Positions 25,201 through 36,909 are shown, numbered from the whole stretch's first letter. The stretch is 63,485 bases of DNA, filler included, from Choristocarpus tenellus KU-1152 (GCA_964200185.2; 10 parts of 10 records of this genome joined end to end with filler, not necessarily neighbours in it), one strand, 5' to 3'. The notes: a model not told the origin generated them from the sequence alone. Program-made: numbers and translations.

Positions 25201-25667
25201 CACCCCCTCCCCAGTTGTTGTCCTTCCCCATTGGGTCAAAACAAATGCGACAACAGAAAACATAGGCTAAGCGCAGTCATCCTTTGTGTAGACCATACAC
25301 TTGGGAGTATGGGGGTAGTAGGTGAACTTTCATCCCTCGGGTTCAACATTTGTACTAACAAGAGACAAGAACATTGGACCTCGCAGAACCCTTTCGTTAT
25401 GATTACAAGTTAGCAACAGATAACACCAAGATATAATCCAAGACTGGAAGGCCTTGACATCCCAGTTATCCTGTAAACCTCGAATTTACAATGGTCCTAC
25501 AGACTAGTACCAATTGAGCCAGCATCTTTGAGAAATCCCTAGCAACAAAAACACTGCAAAACCACTGCAAAACCACCCACCACAGCAAGATTCAGTGCTG
25601 TCCATTGGTGGAGGACACCTCTAACACCGTCTTGAAACTTGGTCCAAGCATCTTGGAGTGCCGACAT
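22294..25667 (-). CDS. TSR2: Pre-rRNA-processing protein TSR2 (WGG domain), complete, 5 exons, about 207 aa
   Basis: Exons 25667-25581, 25222-25121, 24099-24028, 23620-23526 and 22561-22294, all GT-AG with consistent phases. MSALQDAWTKFQDGVRGVLHQWTALNLAV-DNNWGGGDSNRKAAILEE...-VEDYLADFLDDNFATYTEDGSPGQ-VAEVLVQMFTQC...acidic tail...DGWETVTSKKKGKGGRR*. Hallmark WTALxLAVxxxWGG, EDGS and terminal DGWxxV-basic motifs are present. Confidence 0.93.
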
Positions 25668-26267
25668 GTTTATGAATTAGTGAAGGAGTTGATGAATCGC
25701 ACTACTTCGTTGACGATTGGGAATTGGGAGTTGGGAGTTTGATGGGGGTGATTGGAGTTGGAGGTGGTGGACAGAATAAGGTATATCCAATCAGGTAGCC
25801 CAAAAACAGGTACCAGTAAAAAAAATGGGGTGGAGTCAACTGCCAAAACTAAATTATACATATTACTAGGTCACTCATGGTCTAGAAAATCTTCACTCCC
25901 TCCACCCTACCTAGACCATTGACCGATGCTCCGATGGCAGTGTACACTGCACTCTTTCTTCTACCCTCCTACGAACTAACTACCTGTTACACTACAACTA
26001 ATTCTACTACTCCTATATCTTGTGTGAATCATGTGCTTCGATGGAGGTGTGGTTTACTTAGGTATTGATGACAAAGAGAATCAGTGGGTAGGGTGAACTG
26101 GACAGACCGAGACGTACCATAACCGAAACCACGAGGTAAGGTTCAACAAGGTCAAGAATGGAGAATGGAGAGTGAAGATCATCAGAGTGGCAGGATTTGA
26201 CGTAAAAGGGAATCCTTGACTTTTTGAAGGTCCGAATGAAGACAAGGTCACCATATTTCCTGTGCTG

Positions 26268-26525
26268 GAGTCAAAGTATATTTGAGGATAGAGTCGCGTC
26301 CATTTGGGGCCAAAATCCAATGTTGCAAGTTTGATGTAATTTTGGCTCTTGTGTTTGCTAGGAAGTGTCAATATCCTGTTCCGGACACACCTTTTCATAA
26401 CGTACACATTTTACCTTCTCCGAAATATTTTGGCGTAGGAAAATGTCATTAAAAAAAAACGAGGGAAACCAAGCCCCAAAAGGACAAACAGGGCAAAACT
26501 AGTACCCTCTAAGATAGTTTCACTC
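26268..26525 (+). mobile_element. MITE family B full copy (about 258 bp)
   Basis: GAGTCAAAGTAT...TACCCTCTAAGATAGTTTCACTC; 4-bp TSD GCTG. Confidence 0.9.
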
Positions 26526-27582
26526 GCTGGTCTGTTGGAGACTCAGTGGCACAATACCTCCGTCTTCTTCTCCGGCACCGTCAGTCCAAAAGCTTCACAC
26601 ACTATGATGACGATTATGGTCATCGTTTTGGTCAAAGTCTAATGAGTCATTGATAAAACGCCTGTATCAACAGCAGCAAACACAACAATACCTGGAACTG
26701 TGAAGGCATCATCTCTTTGTGTCACCCCCCACTCCTAAGGGCTTGGCGTTTCTTCTTATCTCTCCTGATGTGGACAACTACAAGGATAATATCCCTTTGA
26801 GTGCTAAACCTCTCCAGTACCATGGTAAGCACAGCAATAAATAAAATATTAATACAACAACAGAATGAGAACACTCCTTTGACTAAGGCTAGGTTTAATA
26901 TTGTCGGTCTGAGCATTCCCAGCCGTCCATTTGCACACAGGCACGCATTCTGGCAAGGAATTGACCAATGAACGAAGGAATTGAGAGGATAAACTGGCTC
27001 GTCCCTAGGAGCGGCTTTTCTGTAGTGGGTTGGCCCAGCATTCTCCCCACAAAACATAAACAATAACAGGACAAAAAAAAACAATGTGGTTGTTGCCAAT
27101 CCCTACCCATGACCTTTCCAGGTTGTAACACTATACAGCTCCACTTGGTGAATACCAGTCATACACGCTTTCTTCAATTCCCCACCATTCCCCAGTCGTA
27201 TCCTACGGTTCCGAATTCCCGTATATGCTCTCACAAACACAGATTTCTCCAGTATTTTTTTCCCCCTTCCGCAATCCTGACATCTCATTGTTTTTTTCGC
27301 AACTACTTGGAGACTCGTTGCTAGTGTTGTGAAATTTGTAAAATATATAAAGTCAATTCACTAGATGTTATGAACAGTTCAGGTTTCGTCGCAATCGCTT
27401 CTGATGAGATCCTCTTTACGGTAGGAGTTACTATATTTCTGTAACGATGTATGCATCTACACAAACACCATACATATAGTCATTATAATTGGTAATAGTT
27501 TGAGGGGTGCTCTTTACTTCGCAATGTTGGTGCTACAGTTTAAGTTTAAGTTTATATATATATATTACAACAACTATGTATT

Positions 27583-27841
27583 GAGTGAAAGTGTCTTAGA
27601 GGGTACGCGTTTTTCCCTGTTTGTCCGTTTGGGGCCTGGCTTCCCACGGGTTTATAATGACATTTTACCTACTCCGAGACTTTTCGGAGTAGGTAAAATG
27701 CGTACGTTATGAAAAGGAGTGTCTGGAACAAAGATGTTGACACTTCCTAACAAACACAATATCTCAAATTGCATCAAAATCGCAACATGGGATTTTGATC
27801 CCCAAACGGACACGGCTCTACCCTCTAAGATACTTTGACTG
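27583..27841 (-). mobile_element. MITE family B full copy
   Basis: GAGTGAAAGTGTCTTAGAGGGTAC...TACCCTCTAAGATACTTTGACTG; perfect internal palindrome with 17-bp arms at 27661-27700. Confidence 0.9.
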
Positions 27842-28165
27842 ATACTACTATTACTAAACGTCTTCATATTAGACTGAGGGCGTGGTCAGGAGGTGGTATG
27901 AAGAAGGCAATGCACACTGTTTGAGAAACACGTCAAGTTAAGTAGTGTGGAGGTATAAAAAGAAAAAGAAAAAGGGGGAAAATTGGAGGAGAAAGAACTC
28001 AGTGTATATCCACAAGAGCAACAAGGGCGACCCAGGTAAAATGCACACTCTCACAAAGTTTCCGTCATATCAAAAAAAGGACGCGTGAAAAGCAACCCCA
28101 AAAGAGGAATACACTGAGAAAACAGCATGCAGCAGATAGTGGTGGTGGTTGCTTGAGCTGCTTTG

Positions 28166-28423
28166 GAGTCAAAGTATCTTGGAGGGTAGTTCCGTGTCCA
28201 TTTGCGGGTAAAATCCAATGTTGCAATTTTTATGTAATTTTGGCTATGATGTTTGTTTGGAGATGTCAATATCCGTGTTCTGGACGCTCCTTTTCATAAC
28301 GTAAACACTTTACCAACTCCGAAACATTTTGGAGTAGATAGAATGTCATTGAAAACCCGTAGGAAGCCTAGCCCTAAATGGACAAACAGGGGAAAACTCG
28401 TACCCTCTAAGATACTTTTACTC
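28166..28423 (+). mobile_element. MITE family B full copy
   Basis: GAGTCAAAGTATCTT...AGATACTTTTACTC; 4-bp TSD TTTG. Confidence 0.9.
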
Positions 28424-28721
28424 TTTGCTCCTGCTTTTTAGGATGTGTGTGGGACTGGTCTCTCTTGAAGCGATTCCATGGACATCATCAGATTGACAGG
28501 GTATGACATCAAATGTAATCGTTCGTCGACTTTGATATCTCTAAATGAAGAGAAGTTCGTCATTTCTGGAGTAGGTTTCGATCTCTCATCGACTTCCTCT
28601 GAACGAAGGTCCTCCACCGGAATCCAAGATTCCTGACAAAGAACCTCAAACGGGATGGCAGTATAATGCATACAGTAATAACGGTATGAAAGCAGACACC
28701 CCTCCTTTTCATACATGTGCA

Positions 28722-28908
28722 GCCTCAAAGTATCTGGGAGGGGGTGGTGGCTGTGCATTTGAGGTCATTTTTTCCATGTCGCGATTTTTGGGTGATTTGG
28801 TTGCATGCGTCGGATGGATAGCGTAAAAACACTTTTCCTGACTTTGGTTCAAATGGACACCCTGGTGTAGACCCCCCCCCCCCCCCCCCCCCCCAGATAC
28901 TTTGGGTC
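28722..28908 (+). mobile_element. MITE family A full copy
   Basis: GCCTCAAAGTATCTGG...CCAGATACTTTGGGTC; 4-bp TSD TGCA. Confidence 0.9.
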
Positions 28909-28999
28909 TGCATATATTATTATATATTATCATGCCCACTGTCATCTTGCAGGTGCGTCAGGGAAAAAGCCAAACCAATATCACAAGGATCCCCCTGAA

Positions 29000-29110
29000 A
29001 ATGTAACAGTTGTCGGAAAGTGAAAGATATCTCTGTGAAAACTAATTACTTCTTGAGTACCAAGCTAATACTACGATACTCCCTTAAAGGCCCGTAATTA
29101 CAATGTTATT
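29000..29110 (+). repeat. Dispersed repeat fragment shared with about 42090-42200
   Basis: AGTTGTCG...GTGAAAGATATCTCT...ACTCCC...AATTACAATGT is colinear at both places. Confidence 0.55.
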
Positions 29111-29142
29111 TGAACAAGTATGCCCTCCGACTCTTTGCAGAT

Positions 29143-29209
29143 GAGTCAAAGTATCTTAGAGGATAGAGCCGCGTCCGTTTGGGGGCCAAAATCCAATGTT
29201 GCGATTTTG
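29143..29209 (+). mobile_element. MITE family B left part, cut by contig end
   Basis: GAGTCAAAGTATCTTAGAGGATAGAGCCGCGTCC... Confidence 0.85.
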
Positions 29210-29702
29210 NNNNNNNNNNNNNNNNNNNNNNNNNNNNNNNNNNNNNNNNNNNNTTAATTAATTAANNNNNNNNNNNNNNNNNNNNNNNNNNNNNNNNNNN
29301 NNNNNNNNNAACACCATGATTCCTCTTCCTTCGTAATGTATGTATCATATATAATGCATTTGATTCAGGTTTCAACAGTAACACGTAGGTAGCCTTACAG
29401 AATAAAAGATGATTTTGTAGAAGATGCAGAGTAAGATTCGGAATACCAATACGTAACATTACAGAAGAAAGCGTTTAAGTCACTAAGAAGTTGAAGAATA
29501 AAGGTTTATGATTGGAGTACCTATAGAGCAGTTAGTTGATAGAAGACCAAAGAAATTGGGTGGATGATGAAAATAATAAGAGGGCTTCTAGTGAAAACAC
29601 TTTTACCCCCTTATGCACCAGTCTTACCTTTTTGAACGAAAAATTGAGTCAAGCTTTGAGCTAAGCACTGAGTGGAGAATCAAGAGAAAATTATCTGACA
29701 CC

Positions 29703-32700
29703 CTACAAACCGTTGTAAAAGGCAATGCCCCATAGCGTCGTTTTAAGGTCGTTGGATTTGAGTTGTACATCCTGTGGACGTGAGTTCTGAGGGGCGCCTG
29801 TAACATTTCCTGCCACGTTGGGGTCGATTCCAAGCTTATCTTTCTCCTTCACCTCGTTCATCTTTAGGATCGCGACCTCGAGTACAGCCTGCTCAATGAA
29901 CACTTCCTTCGTGTGCATTCTCCTCAGGTATGTCATTTTCTGTTTTGGGGTCTCTAGGGGTAGTTTGTTCGTCTCTGGGTTATAGAGTCGCTGGCCTCCT
30001 TTTCTGTATCATCTTCAGTACGGAAATTGGCTTACGCGAGGAGAATGCACACGAAGGAAGTGTTCATTGAGCAGGCCGTAATCGAGGTAGTAATCCTAAA
30101 GATGAAAGAGCTGAAGAAAAAAGATAGGCTCGGAATACTCTTCTTCTTCCCTTTACAAGAGAGTTTCTTGGCCTTGATGGTGCTGTGCTCTTTCTTGGCA
30201 CGGGCACCCCTTAGTGTAGCGGAGAACTGCGGAGGGGAATTGCATACGGAGTGGCCAAGGACAGAAGTTTTATGTTGTGAGGGTTGAAGTCGTTGTACAT
30301 GTACTTTAGATGATACAGTGACAAGCAATGTGATCAGTACCGCTATACATGTCTATGCATAGGGTTAGAGACGATTCGTGTGAGAATCCGGGGCTTACCC
30401 ATTCTTCCACATAGGACAGGGAGAGCGTGTCAGATGACGATTTTTCAGCCGCCTTCTCCGCAAATATAAGAGCAGCTGACTCCACGATGTCGTCCCATTT
30501 ACTGCCCTGAGGAGGGTCAGGGCCTTTTATATCCAAGACATTTTCGAACATTCGTGCAAACTACTGCATCCTGTTCTGCTTCTGGGCCTACACACAAAGA
30601 GTGACAAGGATACAGTGTTTTCAGACAGCGTGAAATGATGTGATGTAAGGACTGGAAACAAAACTAGTGAGGGCAGCAATTGTCGCCTCCCAGTGTGAGG
30701 ACAATATGGATTCCTCGTTATAAACATCGAACTGTGCACTAACTACGGAAGAGGCAATATCCATGGAACGCACGCATGTATACTACGCGCAAAACCATCA
30801 CTCACCAACAAAGAATCTTAGTTCTCGTCCACGCCTTTTTAGTTTCCTCATATCAGAATCGATAACACCTTCGGTAAATTTCATGTATTTTACCTTTTCA
30901 ATGATCGGGATTGGCCCTACTTCAGATACAAACCTTGCTTTACATGTAGTATACTGAAGATACAAAAATGGATGCCAACGGAAGAGCGCGGGGCACGCCC
31001 CGATAAACACAAGTTGGTATGCCGGAAACATGTAGGAACAAAACATCTGTTGCCCTACTTCCATATTAATCATTGCCGGTAGTTTTTCACCAGGAATTGA
31101 ACCTTATCCAGCAAATAGTAATTCTCCAAAAAATTCACCAGTCTATTTCTAGTCAAGCATGAAAACCTGGTAAAACTAGCAAAGATAGAAGAATTTGAAA
31201 ATGGTCGGATATGGTAGTTCTGACTAAGAGTCGACATACAAGATGACAACCCTTTTTTGCCTGATGATACACCAACACACTTGTCCTACCTACCAGTAGC
31301 CTGTAGCTGTGGCTGAATCCGCCACTGCTCTTGAGAGAGTCTTGGCAGCATCACGGTTTGCATTCCAGAACACGTTGAGCGTATTTTCAGCCCCAAAATC
31401 GAACTTACCCTGTGTGTCGATTTACACAACATTAACAAGGACAGGGTGACAGCAGAGATGTTACATAATCTAGGAATGGGGTAGAGTTCGTCATACCCTT
31501 GGGTTACACCGTGTCTGCCTAGATGTATGTATCAAGGTATCAACTCCACATACAAAAAGGATACGACCCATCGAGGTGTGTCTTCCATCTCCAGAAAGCG
31601 AAGTTGACTTGGCTCACTGCAATCGGGGCAAGGACATGTCCGGCCAATAATTTTTGGGGGTTGGGATCTATTTATCAGGGAATAAAGTGTGTCACTCGGT
31701 GTGTGCGACGGGGGATCAATGGCTGTGCAGCTGCATTTCATCTACGGCACGTTCTTAGTATTGTATATTGGGTTGTTTTTATTGACATGCTTCGAAATTT
31801 ACTGCACTTACATCATCAGTGTCTCTTCTCTTGTGGTCCTTCCACGCGCCACACAGAACATTCTCAAACTCATCAGTTCCTTGTGACAGAGTGGTGAGGT
31901 CGGCGAGAAAAAGAATTGTGTCGTTATATTACAATTCAGCGGTCGTTCAAGTCCACCAGAATACAATAGAGAAATCATTGGTATCTGATGACGTGAGAAA
32001 ACATTGAGAAATTAGTGATTTTACCTTCATCTGCACAAATCTGTGCCAGAGACGCGATGGCATTGTAGAATTGAGCTGCTGTACCAGGGCTGGCACTATA
32101 TGAAACCACTCTCCAAGTTCGTGTCGACCCATGCCTCCGTCAAAAATGTCATCATCTAGGCAGCAACAGTTTTCCTTGCTGCTAACTTGAACGAAACAGT
32201 GCTATCCTTGAAGTCAATTTTTCCCAGAGAATACTGATTACATAACCTGACCAGCACCTTTTGCCTTTTCCTCTTGCTGTTGTTGCTCAGCTCCAGTGGA
32301 GTGCATGGGAGTGCCTCAGCCCTTCCGAATTCTCTTTGAAAGTCCTTCATAGCCCGCAACCATGACACCATCCAGGGGAAGATGTCCACCACATTAGGCA
32401 CATGGGATCTGCTCGAAACCACACTTGCTCCAATAGAGATGGATTCTGCTTTCTCCCTGTTTCCTTACGAAAATATTTTCCATATTAGCTTATTTTTCCA
32501 GCAGCGTTGAAGATGGTTGTTAACTCTCTAGGCCCAATCTTTGTCCATGAACCCGAGGATCTGGATGTTGAGCGGCATAGTCTTGTGCTGGACTGTTATC
32601 TTTAGCATCCTGAGAAGCATCACCCGGTGCTACCCGTTAAGGCAGTAGAAGATGTTTTGGTCGTTGAGGTTCCTCTTAATCCCCGCCTTGTCTGCCATCA

Positions 32701-33070
32701 CTAATCCACCTCTTGTTACTTCTTGGAAAGAGCATCCATGGAAAGACCGGTGGGAAACCCGTACTCGTTCATGTATGTCCGAAACTCCTTTTTCGTCTTT
32801 CAAATGAACCAACGGGGAATGCCTGGGCATCAACTAAGGATGTTCGAGACCTGGTCCGCCGCCTGTACGGGATCCCCTGCGAGGTCCTTGAGCATTGAGG
32901 CAACTCTTTCCTTATCCAGCAGATTTGCATTGAATTCCTGGGATAGAAATCCAGAGCTGATCATGAAGAATGTCTTGCTTGCACTTAGGGTCATGCAATC
33001 AATTTCTGCAATCCTCTGGTCCAGACCTTTCTTAGCAGATTCAGTCGCGGTCCTTGAAGCAATGTAGGGT
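29703..33070 (-). pseudogene. Long decayed spliced gene with a ParB/Srx (DGQHR)-like N-terminal motif
   Basis: A chain of minus-strand ORF pieces broken by TGA/TAG and frameshifts, including ...FNANLLDKERVASMLKDL...NIFYCLNG*HRVMLLRML... There is an intron-like GTGAGT...TTCCGTAG segment near 30805-30743, and an internal 38-aa repeat near the C-terminus. Confidence 0.5.
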
Positions 33071-33416
33071 TTAGGAAATCGTTACATCGAACGCAAGGAG
33101 GTAGTAGGAAGAGGGGTCAGTCAGGTATGAAGCTTAGATGTTTTGCATGGTTGATTGTCGAAAGTGGTGAGGTAGGGATGAAGATGAAACAAGCAATCTC
33201 ACCAGTGTTTAGCAAATGAGCGTACTATGGAATAGTTTGCCGAAGATGATGTGTGTGTGCAGAGACTGCGAAATATACCATAGAAAGAATGCCTGTCTTA
33301 CGTGATATATGAAAAGTGGGTGAGAGGTAGTTTCATGGGTTTCGCATTTTGTCAAAAGCCCATCGTTTGACGGACTTGTGAAAATTATAAATAGCTGAAA
33401 AGCTAAATTTTATTTT

Positions 33417-33551
33417 TTTATTTACTTCTGAATGCATGTGGTTGGTGGGGATTTTTTTCATCGACTGTTGAACGACGGGAGCAGAAAATTAGAAATAGTT
33501 GAAAAGCGAAATTTGATTCATTTATTTACTTCTGAATGCATGTGGTTGGTG
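33417..33551. repeat. Short direct repeat (about 32 bp, 2 copies)
   Basis: TTTATTTACTTCTGAATGCATGTGGTTGGTGG at about 33417 and 33521. Confidence 0.7.
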
Positions 33552-34458
33552 GAGATCCTTTATTTCTTCGAAAAAGAAGTCGTACAAAGAAAAAAAGTGG
33601 CGGGGGCAGTGAAGCGCTGAAGTGGTGGGTAATGAGGATTGTCTACAGAGGAGAGTGACTTCTGCTGGTGAATCCCAAAATGATGTCGAAAATTCCGAAT
33701 GGGTGAGATGCAATACTCGAAAGAAATGATTACTTTTGAATGCAAAATACACTGGGGATCATGTATTCCTTCTACAACAGGTTAACATACGCAGCGAAGT
33801 GCTGCACTGAGTGACGAGAATTGGGTACAGAGGAGACTGACTTCTTATATACATCAAACCAAAAATATGATATGTGGGAGTTAGGGCAACGATGTCAATA
33901 AGTATGTCTGTGAGGGAGCATATGATCGGTGTATAAATAATTCACTTTGTGAACTCTGTAGACCTTGTTTCAAGATTTTCTAACCAGACTGTGTGGAGTC
34001 GGTCAAGGTGTGTGTCGGGGATATGGTGTTGCCATTGAAGCTAGGATAGGTAGGTTGATAAGGCAAATCATTCATCATGCCCGGTGGTGTCTGCTGGGAG
34101 TGAGGGACGAGATTTGTCGTACGTGCCATTGGGTGAATGCCCTGGATGTAGTGTGCACATTTATTCCGTTAAACTCACTTCTTGTGTACTGCTTTTGACA
34201 TCCTCAAGTCCAGCTTGCGACGCCTTTCCATGTTTGACCTTTGCAGGGGGGTGATGTGGACATGTGGCGAAGAGGGCAGCAGAAGCCTGTAGGGGAGGAA
34301 AAGGCACGTTTTGCGCCTAGCCACTGGTCCAGATGGAGGGGTCGCCACGGGTGGGTTGATTCTGGTCTCGACGTCAATGCACCTCCTTCACGTGCACAGA
34401 ATATGGTCAGCTGTTCATTACCCTCTCACACTATCATTGTACATCAGATGCAACAATG

Positions 34459-36810
34459 TGTCAGGGACAGGTTCCTTTTTTGGGATCTCCCACACACACG
34501 TTATGTATAAGACGCGCGGTAATATACAATTGCACGCGCCAACTACGTCATTTGAGCTCATCCATACCGACCAGTCCAATGAATCAATCACACCCATAAG
34601 ATCCAGATTTGACCAAACAGCAAATGGACTATCAGAACGAAGAACCATTCCGATTCTGATAAGTCCATTTCTTCGCTGTGACGTTGCTCAGTCATTCTGG
34701 AACAGTTCTGAGGGTGTTGTTCTGTTCTGGATTTACTGATCTGCTCTGAGATTTGAGCCAAGACCTTTGAAACTCGGTCCCACCCTCTGAGGTGAAGGAG
34801 TTTCAGTCCGGTGATTGTGATTGCCCCCTTGAGAAGAGAACTTGGCACATTTGACACTTCCACAGTGGTACTCACGCCTAGTGTTCAAGGGGGCTAACTC
34901 ACGTCACATTATGTCTGACATTACCACTCCCACACCTACTGCCATATCCAATGCCAACAGAAAGGAGTAGTTGGCTACAAGGAAAGGGAAGAAGGCAACC
35001 TTAAGCATGGCAACTGATGGAGGTAATGAGGGGGGTACCATTAATGCCCAACCTCGACCGATTCCCGCGTCTACATTGGTAGACAAAGGCACCCCTGGTG
35101 GCTTGCTAGAGCAGGAAGTTATGGCGGAGCAGAGGCTGAGGGAAGGTCCTGCCCGTAATTCGGGCCTGAACCGGTTCAGCGTGTTGACAGAAGATCACGA
35201 GGAAAAAGGTGAACACAGTGCGGTGGCGACGTTCGATATCCAGACGTACATAAATCGCCAACTCATCTACGCCAAGAAGATGGTCGATAAGGCGATGGAG
35301 GGGACTCCGAAAGACCAAGGTTTGGTGGCAGCGGCCATGCAAACTTTAAATACGAAGATGAGTATATTGTCCCACCCTACCTCGACCATATTCACTGGGG
35401 CTAGGTACTTGATCCTTGATCATGATATATCTTCTCACAAAGACTTACCCCATGAGTTCTGGAGCACAGGCTTTGTCCTATTCCCCTGTTGCCAAATTTC
35501 AATAAATGGGTTAGACCTTTCCCTCATGTGTATCTACAACAACCACAGAAAGCGTACAATTTGTCAGCTTTTATTGGTGATCAAAACAGGCACTGCCTGT
35601 CAGAAATCTCTATTATTCCTCCAATAAACCCCTGCAGGATAACATAGAATTACAGGAGGAGAGAGAGTGAGAAATGAGAGAATATAGAGATGCCCTGCTG
35701 ATTCTGTTTCTCTGGAATCTATAGGGTTGGGAAGTCAAAGAAAACTAGGGACTTAGTGTTTTGGGCAACCTCAGATGTGGGAGAGAGCAAATAAGACCCA
35801 ATACTGTAAATACTCAAGGTCAGCACACCAAAAGTTGCCACAAGCAGGACATGTAACAACTGTTGCATCTGCTCTTTCTTTTTCCCCACAACCAATTTTG
35901 GACGTGGGTGACATGTCTTTTACACCTCAAATGTGTTGTTCCACTTTATCATAACTGTTGGCACACATCAGCAATCCAACACTATTCTAACTCCTCTCGC
36001 GTGCTAAATGTTTCATCTCGCCGCGTAAGAATTCCTGGGTATGTTGAAAATGAACCTTTAACGAGTATTACTGTTGACACTGCTACTGACATTCCAGTAA
36101 TATCTCTCAGATACATTGAAGCCCACCCAACACTTTGCAAGGCACCCATTCGAGAGATTCCAGCAGGCGCTCTGAATTTAAAAAGGAGCAGGTGGTAGAT
36201 ATATCTCTGCAACTGGTTTCATTCAATTTACACTACAACTTGGTGACATATCAATGCCTGTCCAAGCAGTGGTCATACCTAATCTGGGAGTAGATACAAT
36301 TTTGTTGGATAACAACGTTATGTCGGCATTTGGGGCAGTGCTAGATTGGGATAGAGAGGAGATGTCGTTTAAAGACAGTAATCAATGCATTCCAGCAAAA
36401 CACAAAATCGTACCCCTTCCCATCTGTTCCCCCCCAAAACGATTTTTGCCAGACTGGAAATGCATCTCATGTTTCAATTTCAGTAATCACATCTGAATTC
36501 AATACACCAGTGCACACAGTAAAAAAGATATCCCTTCCCCCTGGCACGGAAACGCTTGTTCCAATTTGTTCTCAGGTACTTCGAGGAACACCTACCGATG
36601 CAGTGTTGGAACCTATCATTTACACTGGCGCAGACCTCCAGCATGAGGACGACATACGTCCCCCACTGGCAACAGATAATGGTCAGTCGAACCCTCACTG
36701 TTTGGGAAGAAGATGGAGGATGTCTAGTCAAAATTGCCAATTTGTCACAAAAAGGGATCAAGTTACGAGCAGAGTTTGCAGTTGGTCATGTTTCCCCTGT
36801 TTCAAAAACA
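34459..36810 (+). mobile_element. 5' half of a Ty3/Gypsy-like LTR retrotransposon (5' LTR, PBS, gag, protease), truncated by telomeric repeats
   Basis: LTR 34459-34864 (TG...CA, matching the solo LTR), then PBS TGGTACTCACGCCTAG at 34866 and a gag-like ORF at 34971-35627. The frameshifted aspartic protease reads ITVDTATDIPVIS...TILLDNNVMSAFGAVLDW, followed by the typical post-protease linker ISLPPGTETLV...VKIANLS...LRAEFAVG. The sequence ends before RT. Confidence 0.85.
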
Positions 36811-36909
36811 TAGGGTTAGGGTTAGGGTTAGGGTTAGGGTTAGGGTTAGGGTTAGGGTTAGGGTTAGGGTTAGGGTTAGGGTTAGGGTTAGGGTTAGGGT
36901 TAGGGTTAG
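36811..36909 (+). repeat. Telomeric repeat (TTAGGG)n, about 16.5 perfect units, running to the contig end
   Basis: Perfect array with the G-rich strand oriented 5'->3' toward the contig end, as expected at a chromosome terminus. Confidence 0.93.

Noticed and set aside
30540-31100. DNA methyltransferase domain fused to the ParB-like pseudogene
   Set aside because: No FxGxG or DPPY-type motifs in any frame; the segment reads as short exons and introns of unknown sequence.
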